Assembly (NCBI GenBank): GCA_950097015.1
Contig: CATNEN010000010.1
Coordinates: forward strand, 3,224,001-3,288,000
DNA from: Macrostomum hystrix
Lineage: Eukaryota; Animalia; Platyhelminthes
Length of the DNA stretch: 64,000 bases
Direction: 5' to 3'
A program made the translations under genes and the position numbers. This document shows, in pieces, positions 37,139 through 49,825 of the stretch; within the stretch, counting starts at the first letter, position 1, and each line of letters starts with the position of its first letter. The notes below the pieces were generated by a model. It was not told the origin of the DNA. It saw nothing but the letters and a program-made list of their open reading frames with translations, and made no database searches.

Positions 37139-40057
37139 CAGCTGCTCTAAAACTACAAGCTTGGTTTGCCAGGGGTTAGCGGAATGGGCAATCCCCTCTG
37201 CCTCTTTGCTGTGTCCACCAGTGCAGAGCACCCTATAGTCAAGACAAGACCCCCCAACCCCCAGATAATTTTTGTCTTAGTGTGGCTATGCCAGGCCTTC
37301 AAAATTTGTCAACATGTCATGTTGACTGTATCATATGTGTCTTCTTTTCTGTGGTAACCTACCTTTATCTACATGGACTGCTAGACCTTCAAGGGCTACA
37401 ACAGGTGGAATTAGGCCACTACAGACACCATAACATAGATTTCTCCAACTTCACTGATGAAGCCTAACTATTAGGTGCAACTCATCCACAGGAGACCCTT
37501 GCCCAGTCTGTCAAACAATTTCAGTCACTACCCAACATTGTTACCATTCAGGCGCTGCAAAAAAACTCTCTTTGATATAAAAACAGGTAGGAAAATGGCT
37601 TAGTACTTCAACTTTTAACTTTTCTGTTGAAAATACAAAACCTAAACTTATCAGTAGGCCTATGTTATTTATAGCTAAGCTAAATATATATTATTATTTC
37701 AGGCCTCATAGCTATTCTGGCTTTAGTTTGCTCAGAAGAATTAAAAGCAATAGATAAGCAAAAGTGAGACTAAGTAAGATCATTCTATCAATATAAACAG
37801 ACAGATAAAAAAGTTTTTCAGAACTTAATATAGGCCCTACAACTTAAAAGTGAAATGAAATTTATTATAAATATAATGACCACTTGCCTAAACCATAGAA
37901 AGACTTGTTATCTGCCTTAAAATCTTTATTTAGTATAGAACTAACTTTAAAAAGAATTACGTTGTATTAAGTAATTGTACAACCAACTAAACGAATCGTT
38001 TTAATTAGAACAGTAAAAATGCAAGTGGTTTACTGGTTTACAATCATTTTGCTATAAAAATGGGACCCAGGTTATCAAAGCAATAACAAAAAATTATTTT
38101 TTGTAGCTTCATTCTTTATATTTTAGTAAGCAAAAAATAACGACTTGTTTATGTTTTATAGTTTTTGTCTCTGCACGATATCTTACAGCCGGACAAGCAA
38201 GAAGTTTTTACCTTAGAAAAATCTTTTTTAGCATTGGTAGTTTGACAACGAAACCCCATAAGTACGATAATGTTTTCCAAGAAGCAAATTCTTAGTTTCT
38301 TTTCTAGCACTTTTTTCTTAGGATCAAACCAAGTAAAAAATATATTTAATTAAAACTAGCCACTGTTTTCTAAGCTCAAATATCGAATATAAAGCCTTTT
38401 GAGATGCGCCCTTGTGAGTCAAGCGTATATTTTGTTATATCTAGTGTTAATCACTTATTATATTTGAGTCAAGATAGTTACGTTAACAATGATCAAAATG
38501 CCCCATTTGTCGTACTTATTTCCTGCTTATTTCGAGAAAGCTTATTACAAAAAGCATTTCAGTTAGGTTTCTATCGGCAAAAGTTTTTACCTACTGCATA
38601 AATGGTCCGTTTCAAGCCTGTAAGCTATAGACATCGCTCCTCGCTAATTTTGAAGCTTGGAAGTACGTAATCAAGCCTCGGTTACACAAAACCACTGTAG
38701 AGGAAAATGCACAAAACCCTTAAAAATACAACTATTCTAAATCTCTAAGACTTGTTTGTTTGTTTTTTACTACACCAACATAATGAACAAGAACGCCATA
38801 GTTACAACGATTTTTGTAGAGCTCAGCTTCGCTTCTCCACAAAATATATTAGGATGCCATAAATATATGAAAATGAATTAGACAAGAAAACGAGGTGTCA
38901 TACCGCAAAATGAAGAAGCCCGACAATAGAAAAACCTGCCTTCAAGACAAGTTATATTCCATTTAATGTGAAGGCCTAAAACACAACACGATAGAATAGT
39001 TCACCGCCGAAATTCACTTTCACTTCGAAGAAAGTTGTTAAGATATTTGTTATAGATTGGCAAAGTAAAAAACATACTTGCTAAGCTGGCATCGAGTGCA
39101 GTGAGTGGCAATATACACTACAGATTGTTTCTTAGTCCATCTTTCAGAGTCTTTCGATTTCACCTTTTGCAAATCAACATTCATAGTAAAAACTGAAAAA
39201 CCTAAATTCACCACGAGGGACACAAAGAGAAAATGTACGAATATAAAGAGCATACTAATAGCATCATGCATGCATTCACATCTTCTAGGCTAAATAAATA
39301 AATAATGCTCTAAATAACTACAACGCAACTCACAAATATACGAAGTACATTTTCTGTTTAGGATATTCCTTGTGTAAATTAATAGGATCAGGATAAACAA
39401 ATGATAAATAACAGCCGATTTAGGTCGAACAGTCGGAGAGTAATAGAACACAGCGGACCGATTAGTGCAATAAAATTGTTATGGTTAGAAAACAAATTTG
39501 AATATAAGACGCTCTCAAACTCTGCGTAGGGACATAAATCAACTGGTTACATTTTGGGCTAACCATTTGATCAACTCTAAACATACGAGTATGATTTCAA
39601 GGAATCTATCTGAAGAATTCATCAAGATGAGCGTGCTTTCTGCATCAAAATCTCAAATAATGCAAAAAAAAATAATGTTTGAGTCCAACCCAAAACAGAG
39701 GCCGACACATTTGCGAGCACGCAACAAAAATTTGAATGAATTGAAGTAACTGGGTAAGTCTCTAAATCAACAGCGGCATTTCAGAGATCTTGCACATTGA
39801 ACAATTTGAATAGAAGAGCAAATCAATTTTCCAAGTCGGATTGATAAGTTCTCTGGCAGAGAAATTCATGGTAAATTCCTCTATCTTACACTATTTAAGC
39901 CTTAAAATATAATTCGGAAAGCAGCGTGCCGACAGAAGCCATTCGCCTTCGCATCGTACTGAAAGTAGTAATACACGATCCCACAATTTGATATCCCATT
40001 GACAGTTGCGATGCACTAATCCATGTGCCCAATCATAGGAAAACACGCAAGAATTGA

Positions 40058-43000
40058 TCAGGAAGCATCAGTCTCCAGAAGGTCATCGGGCAGCACCACC
40101 GGCAGGCTCTTCTGGGTGCGGACGGCTGCCTCGCCAGCTAGCCTATAGGTCAGCGAGAAGGCCAGGCTCTTCTCGGCCGGGTCCAGCACCAGCAGGCACT
40201 GGGTGATAGGCGCGGCGGCCGGCAGCATCGGCGAGCTCGCCGGCAGGCTGAAGCCGCTGGGTGCCTGAGTCAACACCGAGTTGGGCTCGCGCCGGCAGGT
40301 CACGGTCAGGGTCACGTCCTCGCAGGCCTGTCATGCGCAATTTAAATTAGAAACAGACGCTAAATACGCCTCAGGCACTGATAGAAATAGACACTTCAGG
40401 CACATAGGAACGATATGAAAATGCAACATGACTCAGACTTCATTTCTATGACCCAGACTTCATTTCTATGACCGAGACTTCATTTCTATGACTGAGACTT
40501 CATTTCTATGACCCAGACTTCATTTCTATGATCAATTATGCTTCCTTTCTGAAGTGCCGGGGTTTGAATGATTGAACCGTGAACTGTGTTGAGCAAGTGA
40601 ACTGTGGGTTGATCTGCAGGCCTGCGCGCCAGCCGCACTCTGACCCAATGTACGCAGCCTGAATATTGATTATTGATGTACGCAACACCTGTTGACTTTT
40701 AAGCCCTGTTGACTATCGACTTATATATATATGCAAGTGTATCGTGAAACATCGTGACTAATAAACTAAATTCGCTACTAACCCAAACCAAGCCTACGGG
40801 CAGTCTTGCCTTATATTCCTGGGCACGGCTTAACACTTTCTATGATCAAGGCTTCATTTCTATGACCCTGAATTCATTTCTATCCCTTTGTTCAATGGAT
40901 CCAGACTTTGTTTCTATGACCTATGCCTCATTCTATGATCAATGCTGCATTCTATGACCAATACTTCATTCTGTGAGCAATCCTTCATTCTATGACCAAT
41001 CCTTCATTCTATGACCAATGATTTATAGTGTGAGCAATCCTTCATTATATGACCAATGCTTCCTTTCTATGATCAAGTCTATGACCATATGGCCAAGGTA
41101 TATGGCCAAGGCTTCATTGTGATGACCAGCTGAGGCTCACCTGGCCAAGTGTCGATGCGACAGCGCAGAGAAGTGCGGCAACACCGGGCGCTGGTGAGCA
41201 GGCGGTTTGGGCGAAGTGTAGCATGACGGTCACGTGACCAGCGCCGGGGCCGCCCGGCTCGCTTTGAATCACCGGCTGTGGCGAATAGGCCGGATGCGGC
41301 CGCAGAGAGGCCACGGACATTGGGGGTAGGCTGGTCAGGCGGCTGCGAAAGCCAGTGGGAATGCTGATCTGACATTTCACTTCGCTACATTGGTTCTTCA
41401 GAGCTGGGATATTTCTTTCCCCATACCAATCTGTCTTTCTCCCCATACCAAACTGTCTTTCTCCCCATACCAATCTGTCTTTCTCCCCATACCAAACTGT
41501 CTTTCTCCCCATACCAATCTGTCTTTCTCCCCATACCAATCTGTCTTTCTCCCCATACCAAACTGTCTTTCTCCCCATACCAATCTGTCTTTCTCCCCAT
41601 ACCAATCTGTCTTTCTCCCCATACCAAACTGTCTTTCTCCCCATACCAATCTGTCTTTCTCCCCAATACCAAACTGTCTTTCTCCCCATACCAATCTGTC
41701 TTTCTCCCCATACCTATCTGTCTTTCTCCCCATACCAAACTGTCTTTCTCCCCATACCAAACTGTATTTCTCCCCATACCAAACTGTCTTTCTCCCCATA
41801 CCAAACTGTCTTCCACCCCATACCAAACTGTCTTTCTCCCCATACCAAACTGTCTTTCTCCCCATACCATACTGTCTTCCACCCCATACCAATCTGTCTT
41901 TCTCCCCATACCATACTGTCTTTCTCCCCAATACCAAGCTGTCTTTCCCCAATACCAAACTGTCTTTCTCCCCAATACCAAACTGTCTTTCCCCAATACC
42001 AAACTGTCTTTCTCCCCAATACCAAACTGTCTTTCTCCCCAATACCAAACTGTCTTTCCCCAATACCAAACTGTCTTCCTCCCCATACCAAACTGTCTTT
42101 CTCCCCAATACCAAACTGTCTTTCCCCAATACCAAACTGTCTTTCCCCAATACCAAACTGTCTTTCTCCCCAATACCAAGCTGTCTTTCCCCAATACCAA
42201 ACTGTCTTTCTCCCCAATACCAAACTGTCTTTCCCCAATACCAAACTGTCTTCCTCCCCATACCAAACTGTCTTTCTCCCCAATACCAAACTGTCTTTCC
42301 CCAATACCAAACTGTCTTTCTCCCATGCCTATCTGTCACCCTCCTTCACACCCAAGTGTATTTCTGAGTATAATAAATTAAAAGTACAAAGATTGTCCAC
42401 ACTGTGCGTACCTGTCCACGCCGTTGCTGGCGGCCGCTGAAGAGGCGGTCGAGGCGGCAGGCCGCGAGGTCGCGAAGCCATCATCAGTCTTTCCATTACT
42501 GGCTGCGGACAGCAATGAAGCGATCGAAGACGAATCAGCAGCAGCGGCAGCCGCCGACTTCTTCGGACTCTGTCGCATGAGAAAGTCTTTGCCCAGCTGG
42601 TCCAAGCCTTTGAACACGGCGCTCTCGGCAGCGGCAGAGGACGCCTGCAGCTGCGTGCCAGACGACTGCTTGCTGGGATTCAGCGCCAGGTTCGGCACGG
42701 CTGCGGCGGGCTTGGCTGAGCCGGTGCCGCCGACGACACCGCCGCCGCCTTTGATCGGCACCATAGGAGCGATGCCGACGCGCTGAGTCGACGGCCCCAC
42801 TGAAGCTGTTGACGAGAACAGATCGCTCAGCAAGTCGATATCGCCGCTTCCGCTGGCCGATGAGACAGGCATCGGGATGCTGGACTTAAATACGGAGGAG
42901 GCGGAGCTAGGTGCAGCCGAATAGGCGGGGGGCAGGTCCGGGAGGTCGAGGATGCTACCGCCAGCAGCAGTGGAAGCGGGGGCGCCAGTTGTGGGCGGTC

Positions 43001-46000
43001 GATAGCCCAGCGGATCAAATGGGTCGAATGCCACGTCACCAATTAGGAGGCCGCTGCCGAGGGAGGTAGACGATGAGGCAGTCGTCGTGGGCGATGCGGG
43101 CACCGCCGCTGGTGTAGTTGTTGATGCCGCCGAAGCCGCCTCCTTCAGCTGGTCTTCGCCAACCAGTTCAGCGCATCGACGCAGAATCTCGGCGGCCAGA
43201 TCGTTGACAGCCAGGACCTCCTTCATTGACTCCTCGTCGGTGGTCTCCGTCTCGCCGGCCAGCCTGTAGAGCCGGGGTCGGGCCTCACGGAGGGTTCGGT
43301 GCAGCTCGCGAATGATCTCCAGGTCGCTCTGGGCCGCCTCAGATGGTCTGAAGTGGTTGAGCATCTCGCTGAGCAGCTGGGCATTGCTGCGCACAGTTTC
43401 CAGCTCCTCCAAGCGTTTGGAAAGCCGGTCCATGCGCTCGCTGTCCTGCTTCACCACGGACTTGATGAGCCGGTTGGCCGCCATCAGGTCCTCGGGCCGC
43501 TTGGATCTTGGGAGGATAAGACAGGGAATGACAGGATTAGGATATGAGCACTGCATACACATGATGGAGTCCCACTCACTTCAGTAGTCGGCTGATTTCC
43601 TGAGCAGTTTTGTCGTCATTGAAGATCGCGGCATCCTTGCCTCTCTTCAATGGCAAATAGGGATTGGAACGCAGTGTCTGGTCGATGTAGACCGGGTCCT
43701 TGGTGATTATGCCCTGCTTCTTAAGCATCTCGTAGGCCTCTCGAATCTTAGGCTCTGAGTAGAGACCCCGAGACCAGCCGTACAGGCACTCGGTGCACCG
43801 CTTCTTCACTGACTCGCTGGACGTGGCGCCCAGGTACTTCGGCGACAGGATCTTGATGATCTGGACAACGAAGATTGTGAGTGAAGCTTGCGAATTTGCG
43901 AATTTAAACAGCCTGGGAATCAATTAAACCAATTTAGCGATCTGGGGAGAGGGCGGATCACACTCGGGATCTGGGGAGAGGGCGGATCACACTCGGGATC
44001 TGGGGAGAGGGCGGATCACACTCGGGATCTGGGGAGAGGGCGGATCACACTCGGGATCAAGGGAGAGGGCGGATCACACTCGGGATCAAGGGAGAAGGCG
44101 GATCACACTCGGGATCTGGGGAGAGGGCGGATCACACTCGGGATCTGGGGAGAGGGCGGAGCACACTCGGGATCTGGGGAGAGGGCGGATCACACTCGGG
44201 ATCTGGGGAGATGGCGGATCACACTCGGGATCTGGGGAGATGGCGGATCACACTCGGGATCTGGGGAGAGGGCGGATCACACTTGGGATCTGGGGAGAGG
44301 GCGGAGCACACTCGGGATCTGGGGAGAGGGCGGATCACACTCGGGATCTGGGGAGAGGGCGGATCACACTCGGGATCTGGGGAGAGGGCGGATCACACTC
44401 GGGATCTGGGGAGAGGGCGGAGCACACTCGGGATCTGGGGAGAGGGCGGATCACACTCGGGATCTGGGGAGAGGGCGGATCACACTCGGGATCTGGGGAG
44501 AGGGCGGATCACACTCGGGATCTGGGGAGAGGGCGGATCACACTCGGGATCAAGGGAGAGGGCGGATCACACTCGGGATCTGGGGAGAGGGCGGAGCACA
44601 CTCGGGATCTGGGGAGAGGGCGGAGCACACTCGGGATCTGGGGAGAGGCCGGATCACACTCGGGATCTGGGGAGATGGCGGATCACACTCGGGATCTGGG
44701 GAGACGGCGGATCACACTCGGGATCTGGGGAGAGGCCGGATCACACTCGGGATCTGGGGAGAGGGCGGATCACACTCGGGATCTGGGGAGAGGCCGGATC
44801 ACACTCGGGATCTGGGGAGAGGGCGGATCACACTCGGGATCTAGGGAGAGGGCGGATCACACTCGGGATCAAGGGAGATGACGGATCAGACTGGGGATCT
44901 GGGGAGATGACGGATCAGACTGGGGATCTGGGGAGATGACGGATCACAATGGGGATCTGGGGAGATGACGGATCAGACTGGGGATCTGGGGAGATGACGG
45001 ATCAGACTGGGGATCTGGAGATGGCGGATCAGACTGGGGATCTGGGGAGATGGCGGATCACACTCTGGATCTGGGGAGATGGCGGATCACACTGGGGATC
45101 TGAGGAGACGGAGGATCACACTCGGGCTCTGAGTAGATGGGGATGGCATATTTATCGTGGAATATGGGAAGATTGCGGAATCGGACTATTGATCCCTGAC
45201 CCTGATAGTGGCAGGACATAAATTCATTTGATGAGCCTTACCTCTAGAAGGATTTAATATCATTGATTAAATCATAAATCAAACATCAAGCTACGCCTCG
45301 CAATCAACTTAGGTAACTGGTCAATCACCTCATTAAGAAAGCGGAATTTTCCTAGCTCCTGGTGAAACACGGGACCACAGTTGCGCACACAGGCCTCAGT
45401 AACAGCCAAAGCATAGAGAGCCTCATTCTCCTGCGGACTCTGAATCTTGTGAGCCAGCAGGCGCAGGGCTATCTGCGGCCCCTCCAGCTCCTTGCTGACT
45501 TGCTGGCTGAACCGATTGACAGCGTCCCAGTTGATCTCTCGATTTGTCGGGTCTGTGGCTCGATCTGGGTGCGGGTGCCAATGTGGGTCAATCGAGTGCG
45601 CAAAAGATCTTTTACAAACAAGAATAAGATAAATTTTACAGTCAAAATACAGCTAAGTTTCTGCAATTTATTACTTTATTTTAAGTTAAGCAATTTAGTT
45701 GTTTAAAAATATTCAATCTCCTGAATATCCTGAAGATAAAGGAGCTCAAGAGATCCTGCCTAGGCCTACTGAGAAGCTAGAATGTTTAAGAAATAAGCCT
45801 TAAGTATATATATAACAAACCGGGCTTACTGGACATAAATCCTATAAAATAGTTCCAGTTTTAGTAGGTTCATAAATCTCTGACTATGGGAGGATTTTAG
45901 GAGTGCTGAGTTCAAACATGAAATCCATTTTGTTCCATATGCAACCACCTTCTATGGAATGCTTTACCATCACAGGATGACCCCACTTAGTTGGACATTG

Positions 46001-47389
46001 TTAATTAGGAATTTTATAATCTTTTGTTGGTTGGGTGTTTTATTAGTGGGATATTAGCAAATAAATAGGATTAAACTTCAATAGATTCAAGCAGGCTTAT
46101 TGAAAATTACTCATATTATAGGATAGGCCTAAGGGTGGGTACCCAAACCACACTAGGTAGGACTTAGTGATTAAGCATTTTTGGGTTGGGTAAAGAGTAT
46201 GTCAATAATAAATAGTTTTAAACTTCAATAGAGGCATCTAATGAAGAGTAATCATATTTATTATAGGGTGGGCCTAAGTGCTTTTGTGGGTACCTTAATG
46301 TGTGGTAATATGACACTGACAATAATGACAAATTACAGCAACAAGTAGATTCTTGCAATCGAAATCTTTTTTTGTTTATTTATATATTTTTTATGTAAAA
46401 TCACATTAGTTTTAATTCTATTTTTCCATTAATAAAAACTAGGCGTCAACTTAAACTAACTAGTTTATTTTTTTAAGAAAGGTACAGGTAAGCTGCAAGA
46501 TATAGTAGGTCAACAACCCATTTTATTTTAGTAAGTCTATAACCCACTAGAAGACAGTGGGTGAAGTTTGAAGTTAATTGGAAAACCCATATTTCATAGA
46601 ATTGAAGTTCAAGAAGCCCTCCAAAATCAATTGCTAAACTTTTAATTCTCTAGGCCTAGATATTAATCTTGTTGCATCTTGAAGAAAAGACTCCTTTTTA
46701 GTAGGTAACCACTTTTTGATGTCTTATAATTCTTTGAAATAGCTATTGTATCATAATTAGCAAAAAATATTATAGATAAACATTTTTTGAATCTTTAATA
46801 ATAATATTGTTAAGAATATCAAAGAGAATCAATTGCACTATTTTGCCCTTTGAGATACCAAAGTACAATCACACTTTATTAAAAACCTTTATCTTAGTTT
46901 CACTTAGCAGTTCAAATAAAAGCTAATACAAAAATATAGAAAATCTTTTTGATAGAAAAGAAATAGAATAAATAATAAATCTTACCAACCCAATTCATAG
47001 TAATATAATAATGTCTTATTCCACTCTCAACAATGTATTGTCTGTCATAGGCTGCATATAAATAGTTAGATGGTTAACCCAACCACTTCTGTGGTGAAGC
47101 GAGTTTAGAGTTTTTAAAGCAGTTTAATATCAACCTTTTCTACAATGAACAGGCTGTTCATAGAACTAAGAGACTAAAGACAGTGTAGAATGACATAGTC
47201 TGAAACACAAACTATTTATTCATGCATGATAGATTTTGCTAAAAAGTCTATTTCGTAAGCCATTAAATTTAAAAGCCATTAAATGCCAACATATTTATCT
47301 AGTAAGACACAGGCAATAGGGCTAAAGAATTACTTACTTAACCACATTTCCAGTTCTTCATCGCCTTTGCTTTTGATAGCTGAAGCCAT
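40058..47389 (-). CDS. GGA: GGA (VHS-GAT-hinge-GAE) clathrin adaptor, complement(join(40058..40327,41141..41342,42412..43506,43580..43860,45329..45564,47338..47389))
   Basis: VHS motifs NRATDP..W, GPQIALRLLAHKIQSP, GKFRFLNE and LSPKYLG. GAT motif PEDLMAANRLIK. GAE-like TQAPSGFSLPA..ITQCLLV. All six junctions are GT-AG and in phase. Confidence 0.93.
40433..41085 (+). repeat. 20-bp intronic repeat (GACTTCATTTCTATGACCCA), two tracts split by unique sequence
   Basis: Near-perfect copies at 40433-40530 and degenerate copies at 40850-41085. Confidence 0.8.
41407..42325 (+). repeat. ~21-22-bp intronic minisatellite (CTGTCTTTCTCCCCATACCAA(A/T))n
   Basis: Direct inspection. It fills most of the GGA intron 41343-42411. 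Confidence 0.95.
43938..45125 (+). repeat. 29-bp intronic minisatellite (GGGATCTGGGGAGAGGGCGGATCACACTC)n
   Basis: Direct inspection. It fills most of the GGA intron 43861-45328. Confidence 0.95.
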
Positions 47390-48950
47390 TTCTGAATCTA
47401 AGTGATCCTGGTTATTAGAGATTAGAGACTTCTCATATTACGATATATGTGTACGAAGAAATCAAATATAATACAGCTCGGTTATACTGCTAAGATAACT
47501 GTATATAAAAAATTACTATGTACTATTATGTAGTATATAAGAGTCAATACCTATCCGCAATAAATGTGAAGTATAATTTGAAGGTGTTTACTCAGTGATT
47601 TTTATTTAAGATTTCTTAGATTTTACGGAAATCTAAGCCACTGAAACTTAAAATGTTCGATTATAGACAAAAGTTTATAACACGTCAACACAACAGAACG
47701 CCGAATGGGAACTCTGTTTCTTCGAAAAGAACATTTAAATTTAAGCATTGGTAACTTACTTAAATAAAAGACTAATCAGAATAATTATTTATTTTACACA
47801 GAAAACACATGTTATTAACATATTTTTCATATTTTGTATTTTTTAGCTTCTAATTTTGATATCATAATTTTTTAATATCCACTTAATTAAATTGCTTCAT
47901 TGCGACAAATTATGAATGAACGGAGACAAATGAAACTCAATCGTTATGAAGCGGTATGCAATTTTGATATAAGTAGCAATATAGCAATTGTTAGCGCTCT
48001 TGTGCCAAAACCTGCAGCCTAACTTATTGTAAGTGCGATTAATATTAGTTGGCCGGTTGAACGCAAGTAAGGTTTAATTAGTTAATAATATAATATTTGG
48101 TTCCATGAAAGGGAAAAACTTTAAGTTCAAGTGCTACAAGTGTTCAGATTATCTATATCAGGCGCGGATCATCACTGAGACGAGTGGGCGGGCGAGACGC
48201 GGTGAGGTAACGTACGGAAAGGATGACTGAGCTCAAAGCATGTTTATTATAGTGTCCTGGTCATTAAGTGAATAAAATTTCCTGCAAAAAAATTAATACG
48301 ATCATGTGTACGCATGGAAATTAGCCAATCAGAAAGCAACTTTAAAGTCAGTACCAGGTGCTACTTTGCAATCACAAAAGAAAGAATACGATTTCGCAAA
48401 ATGCCCATAAATACAAATGTATAGTAATTAAAGTATTCATACAATTAATATTTAGCATACATGTTATTATGAAGAATAATACAAAAATAGATCGATTACC
48501 AGAAATATACTACAACGATTGAAACACACTGTCACATCATTTACATTTACATTTACATTTACATTAATGCATAAATATACAAAATACTCATCGTGTGTGC
48601 TACTTTTGGTGTCTTCCAAATTAAGAAGAACGTTTGCTGCACACATTGAATATCGGCCCCGAATGTCCAAGCAGTTTTAAAAAACAATTAAAAGCGGTTT
48701 TAAGCGTCATGGATCTCCCTTTTGCCCGCCGCCGAGCGTCTATGTTTTCAATTGTTTCCCTATAGGTGAATAAATCGTTTATTTCCTGTGGACCAGCGGG
48801 CGGAACATATTTGACAATACACCGTCTCAGAGTCTATGCTCCGTCATTTTTTAAAGCAAAGTATATTGTCAATGGCTGTGACCGAGGACGCGCAGCGCGC
48901 AGCGCCCGAGGCCATAGACATTGATGCCCGAAATAGCCGGTATATATTTT

Positions 48951-49072
48951 CATTGAGCAACGCTGGGATTCCCAGCGGTTCTGTTTGCACCATACACATT
49001 CCACCGGGGTTTTAATGTCGTCCATTAAAACCCCGCGGTATTTAATGGCGGGAATCCCAGCGTTGCTCAATG
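48951..49072. other. Nested foldback element (23-bp outer and 13-bp inner inverted repeats)
   Basis: 48951-48973 pairs with 49050-49072, and 49005-49017 pairs with 49023-49035. Confidence 0.8.
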
Positions 49073-49094
49073 ATCGAAAATACACACTTAACGT

Positions 49095-49129
49095 CAGGGA
49101 CAACTAAAACCCTGTTTTAGTTGTCCCTG
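49095..49129. mobile_element. 35-bp TIR-only micro-element with an 8-bp TSD (hAT- or P-type)
   Basis: CAGGGACAACTAAAAC-cct-GTTTTAGTTGTCCCTG, flanked by CTTAACGT at 49087-49094 and 49130-49137. Confidence 0.75.
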
Positions 49130-49825
49130 CTTAACGTTTGAAATACAAGAATCCAAAGGGAATTCCCTGTGGGATTCCCCATAGACATAGTTTAACGATG
49201 TTCATTAAAACCCTTGCTCAGCGTTGTTAAATGGTATATTGTTAATCACGCTAACATTAATTAATTGCATGGGCTGAATAAATCGGAACAGCTACCATAG
49301 ACTAACGCCCGTTGCGATTGCGGGGAGGTACATACCATACTTCCGATTAGTTTTGTTGTCTATGGGCATATATACGCTCAAGGCGACTCATTTATTGACA
49401 AAGTCTTTTCTCAGGCTTCACATTTCACATAGAAAATTCAGATCGCACATTTTAAAAGGCTTGATCAACCAAAAATCGCACGTTGTATCTACCTGCCAAT
49501 TCGACTAACTGGGATTCGAAGAGTCCGAATCATAAGATCGTTGATTTAAAATATTCGGAATTGGAATCAAAGCTGCATGCAATTTTTTTGTTTGAGTTGA
49601 GACTCGAAGATTTGGGAACTACGAGTATAATAGTTGTATTCGAAGGAATGGGACTCAAGAATTCTAAGATGAGACTGGTAAACATTTTTCGGATTTAATA
49701 TTGAATTATAGACCATGTAGTGTTTTGAAATATGACGATTTGGGCTCATCGAACAAACGGGATTAAATGGGTGTGAGATGATTAGATTTTAGATATATGA
49801 AGAAAGTGGGATCAAGTGGTGGGGA

